Assembly: GCA_963788655.1 (NCBI GenBank)
Contig: CAWBHS010000072.1
Coordinates: 288,001-352,000, forward strand
Direction: 5' to 3'
DNA: 64,000 bases
From: an uncultured Verrucomicrobiae bacterium
Lineage (GTDB): Bacteria; Verrucomicrobiota; Verrucomicrobiia; Limisphaerales; JAFGQR01
Numbering within the stretch: position 1 is the first letter of the stretch; the number at the start of each line of letters is the position of its first letter. Below are positions 43,946-56,204 of this stretch, in pieces. The notes under the pieces are model-generated. The model did not search any database, was not told the DNA's origin, and was given only the letters and a program-made list of their open reading frames with translations. The position numbers were made by a program, and so were the translations under genes.

Positions 43946-45204
43946 TCATTCCGGCAGCGGCTGGCCTTTGGTTTCCTTTGCGAACCAAATCAGAAGCAGG
44001 CCCAGCAGATACACCAACGTGATGACCGCACCGGCCCTTGCGTAGCTGCCTTCAAACCGGGACACAAGCTGCCCTTGGGTCAGGGCGCCCACGGCGGCAA
44101 ACATCCGGCCGGAGTTGTAACACACCCCTTGTCCCGTCGCCCGCACGCGCGTGGGAAACAATTCCGGCAAGTAAAGCGGCAGCCAGCCATAGAAAGCGGC
44201 CGTAAACGCGCCGACCAAGAATGCCATTACCACGAACTGGGTTCCATAGGCATTGACCGCGCGAAACAGGTAGCCGCACAGCACCAGTGAGCCCAGGCAT
44301 AAACCAAAATACGCCGGGCGCCGTCCAAACCGGCCGCCGAATAAGGGCCCGACAAAGGAACCAATGATGGCCCCGCCGCCAATGGCAAACAAGGTGACCG
44401 CCTTGGCGGCCGGTTGCTGGCCATGGGTCAACTGGTCCGCCCAGAGCGGCAGCCATTGCACCGAACCCCAGGTGCCGATCAGGGCAATCGAAGCAAAAGC
44501 AATGGCGAGCAACGTGGTCTTGACCAATCGCACGGCGAGAAGATTTCCTGCAACGGTCGGCTGGCGCCGCGTTGGACGGCTTGCTTCCATTTTTCCGACT
44601 CCGGGACAAAGAATTGAATCACGAGCGCCAGCACCGCCGGCGCGGCCCCGGCCACCATCACCCAACGCCAGGATTCGCGGGTCACCTGGAAACTCATTCC
44701 CACGATGGCGATCAGCACGAAACCCACGTTCGACGCCACGCCAATCACTCCGGCCAGCAGCGGGCTTTTTTCGCGGGGCCAGCTTTCCATGACCAACGCG
44801 ACCCCCAGCGACCATTCGCCCCCCATCCCGAAGGCGGCGAGGAACCGGAGCGCGCCCAAGTGCCACGGTTGCGCCGCGAAAAAACAGAGGCCAGTAAAGA
44901 CCGAATAGGTGAGGATGCTCAGCACCATCGAGCGCACCCGGCCCAAGCGGTCGCCCAGCCAGCCAAAGGCCAGACCGCCCAACGCCGCCCCGACCAGAAA
45001 CAACGCCGTGATGTGCCCCATCCATAATCCGATGAACTGGTCCGGCGCGGCGGCAGCCTCGGCCGGCATCATCGATTGCAGCGCAGGACGGGCCACCAGC
45101 GGGAAGATGCCCATCTCCAGCCCGTCAAACATCCAGCCCAGGAACGCCGCCAACAACACCAGCCAGCGACCGCGGTTCGAGACATTTGCCGTGGCAGTCG
45201 TCAT
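43946..45204 (-). CDS. MFS transporter (sialate/aromatic acid:H+ symporter-like); frameshift near 44535
   Basis: GWMFDGLE, GWLGDRLGR, GMGGEW, PESEKW, ELFPTRVRATGQG, ETKGQPL. Confidence 0.9.
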
Positions 45205-45280
45205 CGGCGTCGAAGGGCGGCCATTACAGAATTCAACCGAGCGGCGATGCCCGTAATCACGCTGGGCGCGGAGACGAGGT

Positions 45281-46440
45281 TTACTGCGTTTCCAACTCCT
45301 GACGGTCAGGCAACGCGGGGAATTTCCCGTGCGGTTCCTTTTGATACCAGTAGGCCACCGACGAGATGACGTCTTCCAACTTGAGGTAGCGACCGCCGGA
45401 TTGCCAGCCGAGCGCCTGGATGGTGACCTTCAGATCCTTCTCGAAGCGGACCGGATCGGGAATGTGCCAGCGGTACAGACCGAAGCGTTGGCCCGGCTCA
45501 TACACTTTGTCCGGCGGAATGACCTGCGCCAAGCCGGTGTAGGGCGTGCGAGAAGGGCTGGTATTTTTTGGTCTCGCGGTTCTCGAAATTGTAGGAGCCG
45601 CAGAAGTAATCTTCCGTGCCCGTGCCGCATATCGTGGGAAACTCCTGGTCGCCGTCGAGGTAGAACTTGATTTCGCCTTCGCCCCACCAGCCGGGACTGT
45701 GGACTTCCCACGCCAGGTACGTGCCGACGTATTGGCCCTGGCCTTCGACGCCATCGAGAATGGTGTAGAGGCCTTTGGTTTTGAGCGGTTTTTCCTGACG
45801 GAATTGCGCGTGAAAATAGGCGGCGTTGCCCGGCACCGTGGTCAGGGTGTAATTGATCTGGTAATACAGCGTCATGTCCTTGTCATCGAGGTTTTCCATG
45901 GTGACGCGGCAACTCTTGCGGAAGGGCATTGGCCAGTAACAATTGAAGGCGCTGCCGGGATTCACGCAGACGGCCAGCGAGTTGATCTGGCAATACTTCC
46001 CCCAACCGCACGCAAAGAAGTCGCCGACCGGGCATTCGACCGACGGCTCGGTTTCCCCGTCCCAATAGAAACGCAGGATGGAATTGCGCCAGTTGCCGGT
46101 CGGCGTCATCCAGATGCTGTTGGATGCAGCCCGGCCCCTTGATTTCGGCCAGCGTGAACGTGGTCTTGGACTTGATCCGCACCGAAGGGGAAACCTTCCA
46201 GCCTTGGCCCAGTTCGCGGGCGGCATTCTTGCCAGTGCCTTCGGTGGCCATGCCGGCCTTGCCCTTTTCGCCGGTGAAGTTTTCGGGACTGATCGAGCGG
46301 GACTTGGCGGAAGACAGGCGAAACAGGTTGCCAAGTTGAGTATTCAGGCCATTGAACTGGGCGGCGTGGACGGCGGAATTTTCAAGTTGGCACCAGGCGA
46401 ACGCGCCCAGGCCGATCAGTAAGCAGCGAATGAATTTCAT
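45281..46440 (-). CDS. GH172 (DUF2961) glycoside hydrolase with signal peptide; frameshifts near 46120 and 45550
   Basis: SRSISPENFTGEKGKAG, PSVECPVGDFF, NCYWPMPF, WWGEGEIKFYLDGD..PTICGTGTEDYF, YRWHIPDPVRF, SSVAYWYQ. Confidence 0.92.
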
Positions 46441-46580
46441 GGTTTTCGTTCTCCGAGAGTTGCAAGGGTTGCCGCAGCCCGGGGACGAAATGACCAACGC
46501 GCTGGAAACAGCATGGGTCAGGGCTGCGATGTTGTGCATGCCCTGATGTAGGAAGAAGCCTGGCGGTTTGGCAACCTTTT

Positions 46581-47855
46581 TTAATTGGGCATGTCCGGCT
46601 CCGGCGCTGCCTCCGGCGGCGGTTCGGCCCGCTCGGCGAGCTTTTGTTCGAGCATTTTTTGCAGCTCGGTTTGCGTTTCGCCGATCGAGCGCAGGATGCT
46701 TTCGTCGGTGGTGTTGCGCTTGAGGTAATCCAGCAGTTCCAACCGCCCTTGAATGATCTGGGGTTCCTTGGGGGTGGCGGCGCGATGGCCACCGGAGAGG
46801 CTGAGCACCATGAAGCTCTTCAAGTTGTCCGGCATCGCTTCGCTCGCGATGGCCGACGCAAACATTTCGTTGGCTTGCGCCTGGCCACCGACATATTGCA
46901 GCGCTTGCTTGAGCACGGCGGTTTTCTCCCAAACATTGGTGAGCCGGGGATCGTTGTAGGCGTTGTAAATCAACGGTAGTGCGTCTTCCTTGAGCATCAT
47001 TGTCAGGTAGCCCAGCGTTGTGCGATCCACAGTCCCCTCCGGGGTGACCAATTTGGCCTGGGCTTCCGCCACGTACGTGGTGTCGCCGTACATCTTGAGC
47101 ACTTCATAAAGATAGGCACGGGCGTTGTCGTCGAGCCGGTTGGGCGAATCAACGGGCGGCGGATTGAGCAACAATTCCTTGGCCGCGGTAATGGCGGCAT
47201 CGCGATACTTCGAGGGGGCGATTTGCTCAAGAATGCGCGCCAGATAAGCCACTTCGACCCCACGCCCGGTGGTGGCCAGCACTTCGGCCAGGATGTTCTC
47301 CGCTTCCTGTCCGCCAATGCGTTTAAGGACATCCATCAAGCCCAGGCGCAACGAAGGGGGCACCAGGAAATCCGTGCGCGCCGGATTGAAAGTGGGAGTG
47401 GCCCGCCGCGCCCGCTCGCCCGTGGCCGTCAAGTCGCCGGAGGTGTAATAAACGTCCTGGTTTTTGACGAGGAATTCCCGAATGACTGGCAGGGCCTTTC
47501 TGTCGCAATCGGCCAGACGTTGAAACTGGGCAATGATCATCCGCAACGTCTGATTGCGCGTCTCGTCGGTTTCCTTCGGGTCCAGGCTGATCAGTTCTTC
47601 CAGGATTTCCTGCGGCGAATAGACATTGGTGCCGTAGGATTTGGTGACCGTTTCAGTGATCACCCGCGGCGGCATGGCGGCTTTGGCGCGGGCGGCCGTC
47701 AGGGCGGCCTCCAAATCGGCTTTTTCCCGCTCCCATTGGGCTTGGGCATTGGCCAGTTCCAGGCGCAGTTGCGCGTTCTTATTATGGGAAACCACGCCGT
47801 AAGCAATGGCGAGAACCATTGCCCCGGCCAGCAGATACGTCAAAACAGTCTTCAT
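46581..47855 (-). CDS. Hypothetical membrane-anchored helical protein
   Basis: N-terminal TM helix, coiled coil and HEAT-like helical body; 424-aa ORF from ATG 47855. Confidence 0.75.
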   Translation of the reverse strand: MKTVLTYLLAGAMVLAIAYGVVSHNKNAQLRLELANAQAQWEREKADLEAALTAARAKAAMPPRVITETVTKSYGTNVYSPQEILEELISLDPKETDETRNQTLRMIIAQFQRLADCDRKALPVIREFLVKNQDVYYTSGDLTATGERARRATPTFNPARTDFLVPPSLRLGLMDVLKRIGGQEAENILAEVLATTGRGVEVAYLARILEQIAPSKYRDAAITAAKELLLNPPPVDSPNRLDDNARAYLYEVLKMYGDTTYVAEAQAKLVTPEGTVDRTTLGYLTMMLKEDALPLIYNAYNDPRLTNVWEKTAVLKQALQYVGGQAQANEMFASAIASEAMPDNLKSFMVLSLSGGHRAATPKEPQIIQGRLELLDYLKRNTTDESILRSIGETQTELQKMLEQKLAERAEPPPEAAPEPDMPN

Positions 47856-48009
47856 TGCTAATGGCTGAGTCACACGTTTAAACACCGCGGCTGCGCGCCA
47901 GATTCAAAAATTCTTCCGACCCAACAAATTCCATGTCATTGGCATAGCAAGCCTTGGGCCTAAACAATGGGGCAGTTTATCATCAGCCGGGAGCGGGGAG
48001 CAAATTCTA

Positions 48010-48140
48010 TTGCTCGGCAAGAGCATCCATCGTTGGCGCTGACGGTTCTCGTTATCGACAACCAGGCCTCAACAGAAGTCAGGAGACAGCTTCTCGGTCG
48101 GTTAGAAACGGCGACGTGCGAACGTGCTTGCCCCGAGCGA
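48010..48140 (+). ncRNA. Candidate structured RNA (long irregular hairpin), family unassigned
   Basis: Nested pairings TGCTCGG/CCGAGCG, GAGCA/TGCTT, TCGT/GCGA, TTCT/AGAA, ATCGAC/GTCGGT; the G.U wobbles only work on the + strand. Confidence 0.3.
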
Positions 48141-48217
48141 GACAAGCCGACAAACACGGTGAGGGGAAATTCAGGGATGGTATGTTTCGACTGAAAATCG
48201 CGAATCTGCCCTTTGGC

Positions 48218-48673
48218 TTAACCAGCGGAGTTCGCGAGGCTGGCCGGCTCAACAACCGTGATGCTGTGAAAACCCGCAAAATCCGTCGGATTGAATGTCA
48301 GTAAACAATCGATCGCGTTGGCTTTCATGACCGCCACCAGCCGCGCATCATGAACGCGTTTGCCGACGACGGGTATGTTTTCAACCAAGCGCAACCACTC
48401 GATGAGAATTTGCGGGCTTTCTTCAACCACCGGAAACTTATCACGAAGAACCTTTATCTCCCGGCGGGTGCATTCGAGATCCCACCCTAATCCGTTGGCG
48501 CCTACTGGCCGAGTCGCCACGGCCCAGAACTCGACCAGATTCTGGGCGGTAATGAAGACTTCGTGATTCGCGCGGAAAAGCGTCGCCAGCGCGTGCGCCG
48601 CGATGGGGTTCTGCGGAGAATGTGTGTCCATCAGCCGCAGCAGCAGGTTCGTGTCGGCCAAATAGCGTGCCAT
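48218..48673 (-). CDS. vapC: VapC PIN-domain toxin
   Basis: YLADTNLL, QNLVEFWAVATRP..NGLG, VHDARLVA, LTFN..DF. Confidence 0.9.
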   Translation of the reverse strand: MARYLADTNLLLRLMDTHSPQNPIAAHALATLFRANHEVFITAQNLVEFWAVATRPVGANGLGWDLECTRREIKVLRDKFPVVEESPQILIEWLRLVENIPVVGKRVHDARLVAVMKANAIDCLLTFNPTDFAGFHSITVVEPASLANSAG

Positions 48674-48936
48674 CACTCGTAAATTGCGTCTCGGCCAACC
48701 GCCTGATTCGACAAACCCGGACCGTCCGTGTGGCTGGCTGCCCATTGGAGAATGTCCTTAGCACGCTCCTCGGGCGTGGCGGTCATCCAGAACGGCGTCT
48801 CGCCTTGGGCTGGCGCGAGAATCACCTGCTGGCCTTGGCGTGAGGCCACGTAACGAGTGTGCGGCTCGGGGCAAGGCAGAATCGCTTGGGGAAGTCGCAA
48901 CGTACCGGACTCATCCACTTCAACAATCGTGCTCAT
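48673..48936 (-). CDS. AbrB-like antitoxin (VapB)
   Basis: IVEVDESGTLRLP, C-terminal RDAIYE; TGATG overlap with vapC. Confidence 0.8.
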   Translation of the reverse strand: MSTIVEVDESGTLRLPQAILPCPEPHTRYVASRQGQQVILAPAQGETPFWMTATPEERAKDILQWAASHTDGPGLSNQAVGRDAIYE

Positions 48937-49127
48937 ACACGAAGAACTCTAAACTAAAGGGTTGAGCTAGAAAAGGACCGAAATTCAGCCGTTATTTGCG
49001 TTTCAAACGCTTGATTCTGTCAAACGGTGTCAATGATGAACCATGGTTCACTTCCCTATATGCTGACCATGATTTAATGGCGGCATCACCCCACGTGACG
49101 ACGTTTGTGCGGTGGAATCCGGTTACC

Positions 49128-50570
49128 CTAACCTTTGACTTCATGCGCTTCAAATTCGCGAACCATTTCCGGGAAATGGCAGTTGGCGCAGACGGCGTTC
49201 GAGTTGTCGCAGAAATCACGCACAATTTGTAGCAAGCCCTGCTGGCAAGCCGCGCCCTGGAAGTGGCGCCGACGCACGCTGCCGAACAGTCGTTGTCGGG
49301 CCAGGCGCAACACCGCGTTGTCCTCGGCCGCCGGCCAGGCCAGGTAACGCGCCTCGAGGGTTTGGGCACCGTCTCGTTTCGGCCTTCATTGGCGCGGCTC
49401 CACAACCAGGGCAGGACGACGTTCAAGGCCAGGTCGGTGGCGCGCGTGGCGCCGAGCATGGGTTGCGCCTTGGGCAGGCAGGGCGAACGCAGCGTCCAGT
49501 GATGGGACCAAAACGCGTCCGAACCCACTTGAAACTCCGCCAGCAACGAGGGTACCAGTTCCGAATCCTTCCGGTCGGTCAAACCCCATTTCTCCAATCG
49601 GTCGGGAAGCGTGTTGGCGCTCCACCAGTGGGCGGCCAGGGCCAGACGGCGCTGCGGGTGATTGGCCGGACGCAAGCCACTGAAACGCCACGCCGATTTG
49701 GGCAGGATCAGGTGGGAAAAGCCGGCGCGCTCCCGCCACCAGACATCCCAGAGTTGGCGGACGTAGGTGGAAGCGCGTTGGCTGCCGGTCAGTTCCGCGG
49801 GGAGCAGGCCGCCAACTCCCAGCAATCGGGCCTGCAAGCGTGTCGGATCGAGGGCGGTTTTCGGTGGACACAAGTTGATCGCGCAGTTCGGCCAGACGTT
49901 GCATCGGCCAGGAATTGTTTTTATAGCCCAACGCGTGGAACAGCCCTTCCCACAGGGCCTGGTCCCAGCCTGCCTGCCGGGCTCGCGCCGCAAATCGGGC
50001 AGCTTTACTTTGCAGCCGGACCAGCGCGGCTTGGTGCAGCAATTCGGTCACCCGATCTTCAGTGAGTTCCCGTAGCGGAGCGGCGCATTGGCCAACCAGC
50101 GCGGACGGAAACGGCTGACTGGCTTCGCTGGTCAGCCAGTAGGACAGTTCCCCAATGGTTGTGTCGAGGCACGTTTTGAGCGAGAGCGTTGGGAGGGGGC
50201 CGGAATCCTTGCCTTCCCAGACCACGTGCAAGGCAACTTTTCCAAAGGCTGGATTCTTGTCGTGGTGATGCGCCGTCCAGCCGCTTGAGTGAAGATCGAC
50301 CTCCACGTCGCCGGAGCAGGGCGGTTCGTTTTCAAACTGGAGCACGGCGGCGCGGAAATCGGGTCCGGCCTCGCGATTCAGAAAACCGGGATGCAGCACC
50401 TGGAGTTGGCGACCGTCCAAGGTCGTGAGTTGATCGCGACAAAGGCGCTGGTGAAACCAAACGGCCTGGAGCAGGCGTTCCGGCGGCGTTTCCTGGTCTT
50501 CCCGAAACAAGGGAACCACGCCGCAGCGCAACCGCCAGGCGGCATAAAAATTGGACTCCAACCCAGACAT
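49128..50570 (-). CDS. DUF2851 family protein (frameshifts near 49860 and 49355)
   Basis: ERLLQAVW, HPG.LN.EAGPDF, GDVEV, W..H.HD.NP...V.LHVVW, LGYKNN, LRPANHP.RR, FWSHH, QQGLLQI...C...C..C. Confidence 0.85.
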
Positions 50571-50607
50571 GCCATTGCTTTTCGCGGTTGTTTCCCCCAA
50601 AGTCAAG
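50571..50607. repeat. 37-bp direct repeat, left copy (att-like)
   Basis: GCCATTGCTTTTCGCGGTTGTTTCCCCCAAAGTCAAG, identical to 56481-56517. Confidence 0.92.
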
Positions 50608-50704
50608 CATTTGCACCCCAGACAAGTTGGGGCTCCGTATGCCTATTGGTAAAACCAGATACCAACTCCCGGCAGACTTTTGGCGAAACTGGAGGGTGAC
50701 GTTT

Positions 50705-51400
50705 TTATTGCAACATTCGATTCCGACATAACCAACCAATTCCTGCGGCCAAGGCGAACAAGGCGCACGTCGAAGGCTCCGGCACGGACGAAAATTGGAT
50801 GTCATCCAGCAACAAGAATGTGTTCCGCGGAAATTGCGGATCCAACGTCTGATCGATTGCGCGGATACTTAGCTCGACCGATTGTCCCGCGTAAGCGGAC
50901 ACGTCACCAAGGTAGAGTGTACCATCAGAGCCGCTCAGTGACGATGCTAGGTCAATTTCTGATTCGTTAAGGAAAACTCCGAATGGTCCGGCAGCGGACG
51001 CGCGCAGCGATATCCATCGGGCATCCTCCGGTATTTCGCCGACTTGGCTTATCGACGCATCGACAATCTGGTCACCATCAAGGAATCCAGACTGCAAAAC
51101 GATTGAGTACCGGCCTCCAAGCACGAACCCCGGCCATTGGTCCACTTGGTAAATGGCCACGTGTGCCGAATTGGCCAGTGGAAGAAGGTTGTTCAGCACC
51201 TCGGTCGTTTCCACTGTGCCCAGATATGCGGACCACCCTGGGAGGCCGACGCCAATAGGCACCCATGGATTGTCAATCGAGGGCGGCGGCAAGGGCTCAA
51301 CCACAGCCTCGAAGTTCAAATTCTCAAAGGGCGATCCAATTATGCTCTTGCAGGATAGTGCCACAACACCAATCAAGATTCCGACGTTTTTGTAGTTCAT
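50705..51400 (-). CDS. PEP-CTERM sorting-domain protein
   Basis: Signal peptide, FENLNFE, C-terminal VPEPSTCALFALAAGIGWLCRNR. Confidence 0.92.
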   Translation of the reverse strand: MNYKNVGILIGVVALSCKSIIGSPFENLNFEAVVEPLPPPSIDNPWVPIGVGLPGWSAYLGTVETTEVLNNLLPLANSAHVAIYQVDQWPGFVLGGRYSIVLQSGFLDGDQIVDASISQVGEIPEDARWISLRASAAGPFGVFLNESEIDLASSLSGSDGTLYLGDVSAYAGQSVELSIRAIDQTLDPQFPRNTFLLLDDIQFSSVPEPSTCALFALAAGIGWLCRNRMLQ

Positions 51401-51410
51401 AAAACCATGA

Positions 51411-54400
51411 TCACTTTGTTACAAATGGGTCACCAACAGGCTGAAAACGGTCCGTACGGCTAGATACCCAGGCACACAGTCCGAAGCTCCGGCCTCCCTC
51501 CCATAAGCCGAAAAATACGTAAGGGTTGCTAACACCAGTTGAAAAATCCTCGCTGATAAATGGCTCGTACGTATGAGTGATGGCTCCCACGGGGGTGTAG
51601 ACGTAGTTCGAGCCACCTAACGCGTTATGCGCGAACCAATTGTGGTAGCTGCCCTGATAATCAATGGGAATCCATTGTCCATTGTACGATTCGATGGTTT
51701 CGATTACGTACCAAGAGCTGCTATCATGAAATCGAATTCCGCCGTAACCGTAATTGTTTGTTGACCAGTAAGTGCCCAAATCTCCATGAAAGCCCCAGGA
51801 GAGGTATCCTACAACGTTTGTGCAATCGAAGAAATGGTCGTTAAAGTTAGTGCTGTACACGTAGTGAACAGAATCGCTATCTGCTCCATATGCCAACACG
51901 CCATTCTTGGCATAAAGGCCTGGAACTATGCTCTCCCACGATCCAATACCCTTATTGTAGTTTCGTTCGTCGTCAAAATAGAAATCGCTGTTACCGTATC
52001 CTCCCACTTTCGGACTTATGCGGATTCGGCCCGACGAATAGTTGCTGCCAAAAAACGCAAGTTTGTCCACATAGGCAAAGCAATCCGCCGGCGTCCGCAT
52101 GTTAATATGCGTTACGAAAGGCCTTCTGCTTGGGTAAATCGGACCGAAGGATGAAACTCGAACTCGGTTGCCCACCCAGATGGGTGATAACGCACTCCGG
52201 CGGGCAAGTGCTGGCCGGCACTCCGTAAAACAAGACAATGAAATTGGGCCGTTTGGTGGGATTGTTCGTCAGCCATTCGAGCACCGGCGTGATCAAAGTG
52301 TTTGTGGTTTCCATTAAGTCCACGTAACGCTCCGCATTCGTTTCTGCGCCGTCAATGCCCAGCACGTTGGCGTCGGCCACCAGCGGGCGGTTGGTGCGGT
52401 AGTAGTTCAGGACGGCTACGCTATCCGGACAGTTGGTGTTACAGATTAACAACAAATCTTGGGACGGTTTGACCGGATAATTGAGCAGTCCATTGTAAGC
52501 CAGGGTCAGACAATGAAAACCGCCCGCCACCACCATTTTGGTATCGCCCAGTTGCTCGGCGGGGATGTCGGTCTGGCCGAATTGGTCCCGGCCCCAGGCG
52601 ACCGCGCTGCCGTCGTTGCGGAGGGCAGCGCTGAACATGTATCCGGCGGTCACTTGCATCACGTTATCGAGTTCGGCAGGAACGTCGGTTTCGCCCCAAC
52701 CGCTGTCAAGGCCCAGTCCCGTCACGGTGCCATCCGCTTTCAACGCCAGCGCATGCGTGTACGCCGCGGCAATCTGGACCACATTGGTTAGGTCCTCGGG
52801 AATGGTGATTGCCCCAAAACCGCCGGTGCCCCAGGCACGCACCGTGCCGTTGCTTAAGAGGGCGTAACTCAGTCCGTCTCCCGCGGCGATAGCCGTCACG
52901 TTGGTCACGTCCTCCGGAACGTCGATGGCCCCGTAGCTGTTGTCACCCCAGCCCAAAATTGTTCCGTCCTGGCGCAAGGCCAGGCTGTGGTAGGAACCAG
53001 CGGCCACGGCGGCAATGTTCGTCGCGCTGGACGGGACATTGGCTTCCCCGTAGGTGTTGGCTCCCCAAGCCACGACCGACCCGTCGTGCTTGAGCGCGAG
53101 GTTGTGGGTAGCGCCGGCAGCGATGGCGACGACATCCGTCAATCCTGCGGGAACATTGGTCTGGCCCCAAAAGTTGTCCCCCCAGGCCAGGACGGTTTCG
53201 TTCTCGCGCAAGCCCAGGCTGTGCAAACCGCCGGCGGCAACCGCCACGAAATTGGTTTCGGCTGGATCCACAAAGCTTTGGCCATACTCGTCATCTCCCC
53301 AACCATAGACGACGCCGGGCAGCACGATATGAATGGTCCAAGTGCCGAAATTGGTCGAGCCGGCGGCATTACTCACGTCCACGCTGTATTCACTGTTTGC
53401 GATGTCTGGGCTGGTCACCTTCGGATTCAATATCGAACACGCGATTCGTTGCGTCCGGAATGGCTTCCCCGTTGCGGTTCCATTGGTATGCGAAGGGAAA
53501 GGAATTCGTGTCGGCAGACGTGGCTACGACGCTCAAATTGGTGTACATCGGTGAACCAATAGGTGCCCGGTACCGGGGGCGTAGCTTCAACGAATTGAGG
53601 TGGACGCAAGAGGGTAAAGGTCACGACATCACTCGTAACCGAGCCGGCCCCGTTAAACACGATAACCTGGTAGTCGCCTTCGTCACTCGACTGAACGTTT
53701 GTCAGGGAAAAGGCGGCATTGGTTGCATCCGGAATGTCCACTTCGTCAAATTGCCATTGATACCGCAAGCCCGGACCAACCGCTTACTATCCTGAAGGTC
53801 ACATCCCAGCCTTCCGGAGCCACTTGGTTTGTAGGTTGCGTCACAATCAGCGGCGTTAGGCGGCCGCCGCGTGCCGCCAAGCCATGAAGGACTCCAGAGC
53901 CGATTGCCACCAGGTTGCTGTGCATGAAGGCCGGCGGTTCGAGATCGCCCCAAGTAACCAACGTGCCGTCACTCCGCAGGGCGATGCTGTGGAAACCTCC
54001 CGCCGCAATCGCGACAACGTTCGAAAGGTCTTCCGGCACGATGGATTGGCCATAGGAAAAGAGCCAGTCCTCCCCGTTACCGGCACCCCTGGCGGTTACA
54101 GTGCCATCATTTCTGAGTGCCAGGGTGTGATACGCTCCGGCCGCGACGGCGGTCACATTGCTCAGGTCCGGAGGCACGTTGGTCACATTCCAATCCAGGG
54201 AGGCAAATCCGTATCCCCAGGCGCGCACGGTGCCGTCATTCAGCAAGGCCACGCTATGGGCCCAACCGGCGGCAACTGCTTGCACCCCACTCAAACCCGG
54301 CGGCACGGTGTTGTACGGGGCGTCCTCGTAATAACCCCACGTGCGGACCGTTCCGTCGGCCAGGAGCACAATGTCGTGATCGCCTCCGGCGGCAACGCCA

Positions 54401-56096
54401 CAGACATTCGTCAAATCCTCGGGCAACGATAAATCGAAGAAGTCGCCGTCCCACCATTTTCCCCACGTCTCAACGGTTCCATCCGCTTTGACCGCCACGC
54501 TGTGATATGGACCCGCCGCGAGGTGAATCCCATTTGTGAGGTCCATCGGCATGTTGGTCTGGCTATGAGTGCCGCTCCCCCAAACCACCATCGTGCCGTC
54601 ACTTTGCACAACCAAGGAATGCTCGAAGCCGCCAGCCGAGTCCACGGCATTGCGCACGCCGAGCGGCACGTCGCACTGGCCATAAGCGTTGTCGCCCCAC
54701 GCCACGACCATCGTATCGTGCGGATTCGATATGGCTTGGTATTCCTGCAAATTGGTAAGCCAGTCGCCGTCTGGATCGTCACTCGCATCGTCCAGCAAAG
54801 GATTGAGGGCATGACCGATTTCCCAGCCATCCGGCATTTCGTCGCCGTCCGTGTCATCGTTTGCGATGTCCGTTTTGCTCACAAGCTGCTCGAACGCATC
54901 GGAGAGTTCGTCGTCATCACGGTCTTGCGGGGTGCCCAACACATAGAAAGCAAAGGTTTCCAACTGATTCGTGTATTGGTAGGTGCTGCACGTGGGACCT
55001 CGTTCCAACCAAGTCCACTGCGAATTGGTGATGCCATTGCCGGACAAGCTCGAAGCGGCGAATACGTCGTACAGCAACCCATTGGTGCCGCCTTGAATGT
55101 CAAAGGTTACCGTCCAGCCCTGGTTGGCATCCAGCACGGACCAAATGTTCGTAATGTAAACCGGGACATTGGTGACGCACTCGGTTGTGCCGCCGAGCAA
55201 GCGCATCATTGGCAAATCGTTAGCCGCAGCCGCAGCCTTGGGTAGGGCCTGCCATTCGGCCTCGCTCAGTGGCCCCAATGCTGCCTGCGCCTGGTGCATG
55301 ACGTAGTAAAAGGCCACCGCCTCCTCGGTGAGCGGTTGACCAAAGACGTATAACTCCTCCAGATCGCACTCCGCGCTCACGTTGCCCGACCAAGAGCTGC
55401 CAATCACGAGCGCGGCGGCGTTTGGAGGTATTGCGGCTGTCCCCTTGCCTTGAGCCGCTAGTTCGCCATCAACGAACAAGGAGGTTCCGCTCGGCCCGAA
55501 GTTCAGCCCCAGACAATGAGCCGTGGGCAACCAGGCAATCTCAGTGTGGGGCAACTCACTGGGCGCCGTGTCGCCCGGAGCGAACAGGGCCAAAGTCGAA
55601 CCGTCCGGTGAAACTTGCAGCGACCAAACAACGATTGCTTCCTTGCCATCAATCGCTGTGAGTTCAATTAACGGCGCATACTGGCCTGGGCCGGTGCCCC
55701 CCAGCGACCGGCTGGCCCAGTAAGGTGTCAGCCAGAAGCGGACCGATGAATCCAAGTGACTTGCCACATTGGTACGGCCTTCGGTGTTAATCCCTGGCAC
55801 AATGAGTGGCTTCACGGTTCCAGAGCGTTCAATAGCATACCCCGACCATGATTCCCGCAGAATGCCGATGTTGACAGCGACCAATTCGGCAGTTGTGGCA
55901 TCGGAAATTGTCGTCCAATCAAACGTTTCGTGGAACAATACCGGGGCGGTTAATTCGGGAAACGGCGGCCAAGGAGGTCGCGGCCGAGCCAATCCTACAG
56001 GGGCCAAAAATGACCCACTTGCCAGCAAGAGCAAGCAAACCAACTGGTTTACTTGGGAATGAGGTAAGTTGCCTTCCTTTGTTTCATGGCGTTCAT
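51411..56096 (-). CDS. Large secreted multidomain protein: LamG-like, DxDxD repeats, two RCC1 propellers, Ig repeats, TIGR03790-like C-terminus (several frameshifts)
   Basis: Joined from ORFs 53746..56043, 53427..53768, 53390..53590, 52102..53430 and 51411..52238. VAAG..HS.AL..DGTV.AWG.N.YGQ repeats; YQWQF/YQWNRNG Ig motifs; LICNTNCPDS...YYRTNRP, GYLSWG, GAITHTYEPF, VGDP. Start uncertain (56096, 56087 or 56043). Confidence 0.75.
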
Positions 56097-56204
56097 AGCT
56101 TTGCTTGGTTTTCTTCAGTCCATTGGCGAATTAATCAAAGCCGGCACGCTCTGTAAACAAAAATCATCACACATACGTTATGCGTTCTTGGCCAGTCTTC
56201 AGGA

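Noticed and set aside
48075..48092. B12-box-like AAGTCAGGAGAC (cobalamin riboswitch)
   Set aside because: The upstream conserved core is missing and there is no downstream gene on that strand.
48172..48210. GGGATGGTATGTTTCGAC resembling a tmRNA 5' end
   Set aside because: Imperfect match, runs straight into vapC, and no matching T-arm/CCA 3' end or tag ORF was found.
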